64,000 bases of DNA from Octopus vulgaris (taxonomy: Eukaryota), in the NCBI GenBank assembly GCA_951406725.2, contig OX597838.1, positions 26,474,001 through 26,538,000 of the forward strand, given 5' to 3'. The notes beneath the pieces were generated by a model that did no database searches, had not been told where the DNA came from, and saw only the letters and a list, made by a program, of their open reading frames with translations. Positions 61,125 to 64,000 of this stretch are shown piece after piece; position 1 is the stretch's first letter; each line of letters starts with the position of its first letter. The position numbers were made by a program, and so were the translations under genes.

Positions 61125-63459
61125 ATAATGATAATAATAATAATAATAATATGAGGGAATATTATTCCAAACTTACAAGGAAAAATTCAATTTAGAAATA
61201 CTAAATCAAATTTCATAAAATATAATATATATATATATAAATTAGTAAAAAAACCCACCTTATTTTACACATTACTTAATCATCGTTATATGTTCTTACA
61301 TTTAATCTTTCATATGTAATTTTCTAGATGGTATAATTTAATTTTTCATTATTGAATTGATAGGTGGGTTTTTTTTTTCTAATTTATATATATATATATA
61401 TATATATATACATACACACACATATACATATACACACAGAGTAATACCTCGCCATATTGCAGTTCACATATCACGATTTATTATTTAAGCTTACGTCGAT
61501 TCCTCTGTGGTGTTGTTTCATTGTGGTAATTAATTCATTGACCCCAAAAGGATGAAAAGCAAAGTCGACCTTGGTGGAATTTGAACTCAGGATATGCAGA
61601 TGGGCAAAATACTGCTATGCATTTTGTCCAAAATACTGCTATGCATTTTGTAATAATGATAATGATAATCCTTTCTACTATAGGCACAAGGCCTGAAATT
61701 TGTGGAGGTGGGGGTAAGTTGGTCTTATTGACCCCCAGTACTTAAGTGGTACTTAATTATGAACCCCAAAAGGATGAAAGGCAAAGTCAACCTCAGTGGA
61801 ATTTGAACTCAGAACGAGATATTGCTAAGCATTTTGCGTGGTTTACTCTCTTTTGTTTTACTCTCTTTTGTTTTACTCTCTTTTTACTTGTTTCAGTCAT
61901 TTGACTGTGACCATGCTGGAGCACCGCCTTTAGTCGAACAAATCGACCTCAGGACATAGTCTTTGTAAGCCCAGTACTTATTCTATCGGTCTCTTTTGCC
62001 AAACCGCTAAGTTACGGGGACGTAAACACACCAGTATCGGTTGTCAAGCGATGTTGGGGCGACAGACACAGACACACACAAACATATACACACACATACA
62101 TATATATACATAGATATGACAGGCTTCTTTCAGTTTCCGTATGCTAACAATTCTGCCAGTTTGCCTCCTTAGTTAATAATAATAATAAGAAGAATAACAA
62201 CAACAACACTGATAATTGTTTCGGATTTTGGGCACTAAGCCAGCAATTTTGAGAGAGGGGAGGATTAGCTGATTACATTGTAATCAGCTAATCCATTCCC
62301 CAGTACCTGGAAGGATGAAAGGTAAAGTTGATTTTGATGGGATATGAACTCAGAATGTAAAAGGTTGTAACTAAATACTACAAAGCAATTTGTCCATCAC
62401 TCTAACAATTCTGTATTTTAATGGTTTATAAAATAACCACAAGGCCACAGTCTTTGAATGAAGGGTCTTGTCAATTATGCCCAGTTATGCTTGTATTAAC
62501 CTCTCTTACTTCCATAAGAAACGAAGGGCAAAGTTCAAAGTTGGCATTGACAGAATTATGAGGACATGAAAACCTTTTTGGATCTGGTGCCATTTTAAAT
62601 GCACCCAGTACACTGTAAAAGCATCCAGTCTTTGAATCCTTGGCACAAATGGAATCTATGAGTGAGGCCAAGTCCTTACTTATGTATTTTCTTTACTGCT
62701 CTCCAAGATGAGTATGAGTGAAGCCTGTTTCTTGCTTGTATCTGTCTTGGAGAGCTGTAACTCCAAATAGGATTGGCTTGAATAGTGACCAACCCTCCTC
62801 TAACCCATGCCAGCATGGGTTGGATGTGTTGTCTAACATGAACTCAGAGCATAAAATAAAAGGACTAAATATTTCAGGGTATTTTGTCTCTGATGTTTCT
62901 TTGTAAAAATAAAGCTCCTTCCTGCATCTTAGCCCCTTAGGGCCAGTTTCCTGGATTCTGGGATGTATATATTCCCCACCAAGTCCATCGCAGGATTACT
63001 CATTTCTGACAGCTGAGTGGACTTGGGCAATGTGAAATGAAGTGTTTTGCTCAAGAACAGAACATGTTGCCTGTTCCAGGAATTGAAACCACAATCTTAG
63101 GATTTTTCCTATTTAATCAGCCATGACCCATGTTTGATTCGAGAAGATCTAAGAGGCCACTCTGTTTTCTTAAATTTCCTAGTACAAAAGGTGAGAACAA
63201 TAGGTTGAGGACTCGTAGGAAACTGGATTCAGTTTTGAATCCTGGCTTAAATATTTGGCAGCTGTTCAGTATATCCTAACCACTAAGCCATGTGCCTCCA
63301 TGTTCCCTTGATATGGTTTAAATAATATTCACTCTTTTAGTTATGTTTATCTTAATTTCTGCCTCACAGAGGAAAGACAATGGAAATGGTGCTGCCCAAA
63401 ATACAAAATCCGTGGAAGAGACTACGCCTGGAAAAGGTATAATGTTACGAAATGTTGAG
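9128..63459 (+). CDS. KIF20A/B: Kinesin-6 family (KIF20A/KIF20B-like) gene, long isoform, 3'-incomplete (>2,320 aa in window)
   Basis: join(9128-9313,10806-11061,13079-13266,14992-15028,17269-17472,18356-18467,20164-20235,21703-21849,23760-24037,25322-25419,27766-27926,29219-29384,30934-31083,33662-33760,36277-36387,38686-38791,46244-48660,50405-50840,54331-55184,55479-55617,56280-56405,58469-58741,60769-61022,63370-63459). All introns GT-AG with matching phases; kinesin motifs [38 protein letters not shown]. Confidence 0.85.
9775..10150 (-). mobile_element. SINE family A
   Basis: Full-length match to the family A consensus. Confidence 0.8.
10806..11061 (+). CDS. KIF20A/B: Coding exon 2, P-loop
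   Basis: Absent from the ORF track; translates SCLTICG...[13 protein letters not shown]...[22 protein letters not shown]; phase 0 to 1. Confidence 0.95.
13079..13266 (+). CDS. KIF20A/B: Coding exon 3, start of kinesin-6 L6 insertion
   Basis: [17 protein letters not shown]...[13 protein letters not shown]; ttcag acceptor, GAT|GTGAGT donor; phase 1 to 0. Confidence 0.95.
13318..13533. mobile_element. piggyBac-like MITE (family P1)
   Basis: TTAA|CCCTTT...AAAGGG|TTAA ends; related copies at ~16.7, 26.0, 31.1 and 33.2 kb. Confidence 0.75.
14420..14820 (+). mobile_element. Retroposon 3' end with (GAT)n tail (family C) and internal ~60-bp minisatellite
   Basis: 3-4 copies of gccccgtgccggtgacacgtaaaagcaccatccgttcgt, then gttaggaagggcatccagc...ggacgctaaatgatgatgatg; many family C copies in the window. 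Confidence 0.7.
14992..15028 (+). CDS. KIF20A/B: Coding exon 4, 37-nt microexon
   Basis: ttacag|GAATCT...GGTC|gtgagt encodes [12 protein letters not shown]; supplies the phase 0 to 1 shift required between the flanking exons. Confidence 0.8.
15240..15625 (-). mobile_element. SINE family A
   Basis: Full-length match to the family A consensus. Confidence 0.8.
16700..17144. mobile_element. piggyBac-like MITE P1 with a second piggyBac-like MITE (P2, 16828-17047) nested at its internal TTAA
   Basis: Both have TTAA-CCC...GGG-TTAA ends; uninterrupted P1 copies read agcttaatgata at the insertion point, confirming TTAA duplication. Confidence 0.8.
17269..17472 (+). CDS. KIF20A/B: Coding exon 5
   Basis: [20 protein letters not shown] motif; ctcag acceptor, G|GTGAGT donor; phase 1 to 1. 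Confidence 0.95.
18356..18467 (+). CDS. KIF20A/B: Coding exon 6, switch I
   Basis: [37 protein letters not shown](S); phase 1 to 2. Confidence 0.95.
18493..18693. mobile_element. hAT-type MITE
   Basis: cagtggttttcaa...ttgaaaagcactg termini; exact 8-bp TSD gtttattc. Confidence 0.8.
19912..20050. mobile_element. Tc1/mariner-type MITE
   Basis: TIR aggttgtcccaaaagttc / gaacttttgggacaacct flanked by TA. Confidence 0.6.
20164..20235 (+). CDS. KIF20A/B: Coding exon 7
   Basis: (S)[23 protein letters not shown](M) completes SSRSH; tgcag acceptor, AT|GTAAGT donor; phase 2 to 2. Confidence 0.93.
21405..21621. mobile_element. piggyBac-like MITE P2
   Basis: TTAA|CCCTTTAG...CTAAAGGG|TTAA. Confidence 0.75.
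21703..21849 (+). CDS. KIF20A/B: Coding exon 8, switch II
   Basis: [39 protein letters not shown]; phase 2 to 2. Confidence 0.97.
23131..23680. mobile_element. GGATC-ended TIR MITE carrying a captured ~270-bp copy of nearby intron
   Basis: ggatctttaccttttgacc...ggtcaaaagataataaagatcc ends; internal 23153-23425 duplicates 21853-22135. Confidence 0.7.
23760..24037 (+). CDS. KIF20A/B: Coding exon 9, end of motor domain and neck
   Basis: [29 protein letters not shown]...[17 protein letters not shown]; phase 2 to 1. Confidence 0.97.
24430..24820 (-). mobile_element. SINE family A
   Basis: Full-length match to the family A consensus. Confidence 0.8.
25322..25419 (+). CDS. KIF20A/B: Coding exon 10, acidic linker
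   Basis: Long pyrimidine tract; [32 protein letters not shown]; phase 1 to 0 fits both neighbours. Confidence 0.82.
27766..27926 (+). CDS. KIF20A/B: Coding exon 11, coiled coil
   Basis: GLLNIIE...[28 protein letters not shown], a kinesin-6 E-x-x-IR-E-E-V-type stalk motif; phase 0 to 2. Confidence 0.92.
27975..28398 (-). mobile_element. SINE family A
   Basis: Full-length match to the family A consensus. Confidence 0.8.
28857..29092. repeat. 50-bp minisatellite (18-bp core x5) with last 32-bp spacer inverted
   Basis: Core agtaccagcttgaagaca; spacer ctaattaaaattccatgttaatttataatcag, present as the exact reverse complement at 29043-29074. Confidence 0.9.
29219..29384 (+). CDS. KIF20A/B: Coding exon 12
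   Basis: [22 protein letters not shown]...EELQEKKQ; aacag acceptor, CAG|GTAGGC donor; phase 2 to 0. Confidence 0.88.
29453..30261 (+). mobile_element. Two family B SINE insertions (monomer plus trimer) at the same target
   Basis: Target ggtatttgtat(c/t)tcttca occurs three times (29433, 29684, 30262), bracketing two elements that each start with the ggcggc head. Confidence 0.85.
30934..31083 (+). CDS. KIF20A/B: Coding exon 13
   Basis: [23 protein letters not shown] heptads; CCG|GTAAGT donor; phase 0 to 0. Confidence 0.88.
31540..31925 (-). mobile_element. SINE family A
   Basis: Full-length match to the family A consensus. Confidence 0.8.
33238..33560. mobile_element. piggyBac-like MITE P1 carrying a 107-bp copy of nearby DNA
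   Basis: TTAA-CCC/GGG-TTAA ends; 33330-33436 duplicates 32847-32953. Confidence 0.78.
33662..33760 (+). CDS. KIF20A/B: Coding exon 14
   Basis: [33 protein letters not shown]; ttcag acceptor, AAG|GTATGT donor; 99 nt. Confidence 0.85.
34054..34836. mobile_element. 783-bp foldback (near-palindromic) GGATC-ended TIR element, Merlin/Mutator-like
   Basis: Left and right halves are imperfect reverse complements over ~380 bp; exact 8-bp TSD caatatct at 34046-34053 and 34837-34844. Confidence 0.85.
36277..36387 (+). CDS. KIF20A/B: Coding exon 15
   Basis: [37 protein letters not shown]; AAG|GTAAGA donor; 111 nt. Confidence 0.88.
36430..36553. repeat. 41-bp tandem repeat x3
   Basis: ggtagatgtaaagtgtctttcttgagttgtgagactcatag starting at 36430, 36471 and 36512. 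Confidence 0.9.
36831..37230. repeat. 80-bp tandem repeat x5 spanning a retroposon/mariner-TIR junction
   Basis: Units start at 36831, 36911, 36991, 37071, 37151; each ends ggactgttgccatagtaac..aactaaag, matching the inverted end at ~38375-38405. Confidence 0.9.
37200..38430 (+). mobile_element. Internally deleted mariner element (N-terminal HTH remnant) interrupted by a hairpin element
   Basis: [28 protein letters not shown], then [30 protein letters not shown]; right TIR ..ccggatacttattgatcagaccc. Confidence 0.75.
37842..37959. repeat. Perfect 53-bp inverted repeat with 12-nt loop
   Basis: 37842-37894 is the exact reverse complement of 37907-37959; loop gagcgaaagcga. Confidence 0.92.
38686..39276 (+). 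CDS. KIF20A/B: Coding exon 16, composite: internal donor at 38791 (long isoform) or read-through to stop (terminal exon of ~951-aa short isoform)
   Basis: ttttcag acceptor, phase 0; 196 open codons ending [12 protein letters not shown]; AATAAA at 39385-39390; internal CAG|GTACAA donor is phase 1 and matches the acceptor at 46244. Confidence 0.8.
   Translation, partial: TSTECKVCLERSEAGSPVGSKAKLQKMESVPEKASGTNTTLPFQGTTNEKRVTRKMVCNGMAANGHRTNDLITTSVRGVVVEKADESRVLRLLLNNTNSSNLVPTPTKTSLLRMKKFSLKQSDIENSPPGFVGKLNKGGKKKESLRHRLLAPICSNLIADKKKKKGEIRNRRRSSLVCNKRTSLDINKKYNLRSKR
39385..39390 (+). terminator. Candidate polyadenylation signal of short isoform
   Basis: AATAAA 109 nt after the stop at 39276; further ATTAAA 39543-39548 and AATAAA 40224-40229. 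Confidence 0.45.
41710..42077. mobile_element. GGATC-ended TIR MITE inserted in a family A SINE
   Basis: ggatctttcccttttgacc...ggtcaaaaggtaaagatcc; exact 8-bp TSD atagaata. Confidence 0.82.
42229..42499 (+). mobile_element. Non-autonomous Helitron-like element
   Basis: 5' tctttatgtataaaagtgaag and 3' GC-rich gcaacgccgggcg followed by ctag|t, typical Helitron termini; no TSD. Confidence 0.5.
43555..43776 (+). mobile_element. Tc1-like deletion derivative
   Basis: TIR caaggtgttcaaaaagtctctccgcagt / actgcggagagacctattgaacaccctg; internal [19 protein letters not shown] resembles a transposase C-terminus. Confidence 0.65.
46244..48660 (+). CDS. KIF20A/B: Coding exon 17, 2,417-nt coiled-coil exon of long isoform
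   Basis: ttttccag acceptor phase 1; ~805 open codons rich in E/K/L heptads; GTG|GTATGT donor phase 0. Confidence 0.9.
48730..49097 (+). mobile_element. tRNA-derived SINE family D inserted in a P2 MITE (48696-49298)
   Basis: Head ggaggcgcaatggcccagtggttagggcagcggactcg..ggtttcgattccc; TSD atatgtcataa; the same head recurs at ~58078 and ~60242. Confidence 0.75.
50405..50840 (+). CDS. KIF20A/B: Coding exon 18
   Basis: [11 protein letters not shown]...[10 protein letters not shown]; A|GTAAGT donor phase 1; exact acceptor AG slightly uncertain. Confidence 0.85.
50899..52236 (+). repeat. Family B SINE head followed by 7 tandem 184-bp body units
   Basis: Units begin ggtatttcatctgcc at 50946, 51130, 51314, 51498, 51682, 51866 and 52050; one head ggcggcgagctggcagaaac; terminal unit ends caataaagaaataaga. 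Confidence 0.92.
52645..53036 (-). mobile_element. SINE family A
   Basis: Full-length match; inverted relative to 53428-53795. Confidence 0.8.
53428..53795 (+). mobile_element. SINE family A
   Basis: Match to the family A consensus with small internal deletions. Confidence 0.8.
54331..55184 (+). CDS. KIF20A/B: Coding exon 19
   Basis: ctgcag acceptor phase 1; [14 protein letters not shown]...CQELSQK; AAG|GTAAGA donor phase 0. Confidence 0.9.
55479..55617 (+). CDS. KIF20A/B: Coding exon 20
   Basis: [12 protein letters not shown]...[21 protein letters not shown]; G|GTATGT donor; phase 0 to 1. Confidence 0.85.
56280..56405 (+). CDS. KIF20A/B: Coding exon 21
   Basis: Absent from the ORF track; (D)[41 protein letters not shown]; phase 1 to 1. 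Confidence 0.87.
58469..58741 (+). CDS. KIF20A/B: Coding exon 22
   Basis: (E)[11 protein letters not shown]...[12 protein letters not shown]; phase 1 to 1. Confidence 0.85.
58852..59365 (+). mobile_element. 5'-truncated CR1/L2-like LINE 3' end
   Basis: [61 protein letters not shown]; same family as 960-1680. Confidence 0.88.
60769..61022 (+). CDS. KIF20A/B: Coding exon 23, Ser/Pro-rich
   Basis: (V)[14 protein letters not shown]...[12 protein letters not shown]; GAG|GTAATA donor; phase 1 to 0. Confidence 0.85.
63370..63459 (+). CDS. KIF20A/B: Coding exon 24; gene continues beyond window
   Basis: cacag acceptor; [30 protein letters not shown]; GAG|GTGAGC donor; no stop reached. Confidence 0.78.
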
Positions 63460-63759
63460 GTGAGCACGTTTATATTTCTTCTTTCAGGTTGAACATAAAT
63501 GCATGGTACCTTGGGCAAGTCTCTTTTACTATAGTTCCAGGCTGATCAAAGCCTTGTGAGTGGATTTGGTGGATGGAAACTGAAAGAAGCCTACAATATG
63601 TGTGTGTGTGTGTGTATGTCATTTAATGTCCATGTTTCATACTGGCAAGGATTGGATGGTTTGAAAAGATTTGATGTGTCCATCAAGATCCAGTGTCTGC
63701 TTTGGCATGGTTTTTATGGTTGAATGCCCTTCCTAACACCACTCTGTGTGTGTGTGTGC

Positions 63760-63810
<51 letters not shown>

Positions 63811-64000
63811 ATGGTTAAGTAGTGATTGTATGAATCAGATAAATAAGTTAAAAACAATATTAATTGCTTGTTGAGATGGCCATTTGACACTCTGTTGGTT
63901 ACGACGAATGTTCAAGTTGATCCAATCAGCAGAACAACCTGCTTTTGAAATTAACGTGCACGTGGCTGAGTACTCCACAGACAGGTGTACCCTTAATATA

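Overview
AT-rich, SINE- and microsatellite-dense animal genomic DNA. The repeat landscape resembles octopus (coleoid cephalopod) genomes; this is an inference. One multi-exon plus-strand gene spans almost the whole window: a kinesin-6 (KIF20A/KIF20B-like, MKLP2/MPP1/subito group) mitotic motor. I reconstructed it by hand from GT-AG boundaries and codon phase. It has a candidate CCAAT/CHR promoter at ~3.8 kb, a non-coding first exon, an ATG at 9128 and 24 coding exons that stay in frame to 63459; the gene runs off the right end. The main finding is a composite exon at 38686. Read through, it ends a ~951-aa KIF20A-sized isoform. Spliced at an internal donor (38791) into a 2.4-kb exon at 46244, it gives a >2,320-aa coiled-coil, KIF20B-like isoform carrying TQT(SP) motifs. 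The introns hold several tRNA-derived SINE families, piggyBac-, hAT-, Tc1/mariner- and Merlin/Mutator-like MITEs, CR1-like LINE ends and minisatellites. Also notable are a SINE that multimerises with a fixed 184-bp junction and repeatedly lands at GGTATT, three short templated captures of nearby DNA inside mobile elements, and a tandem repeat with one precisely inverted spacer. All coordinates were read by eye and repeat boundaries are approximate.
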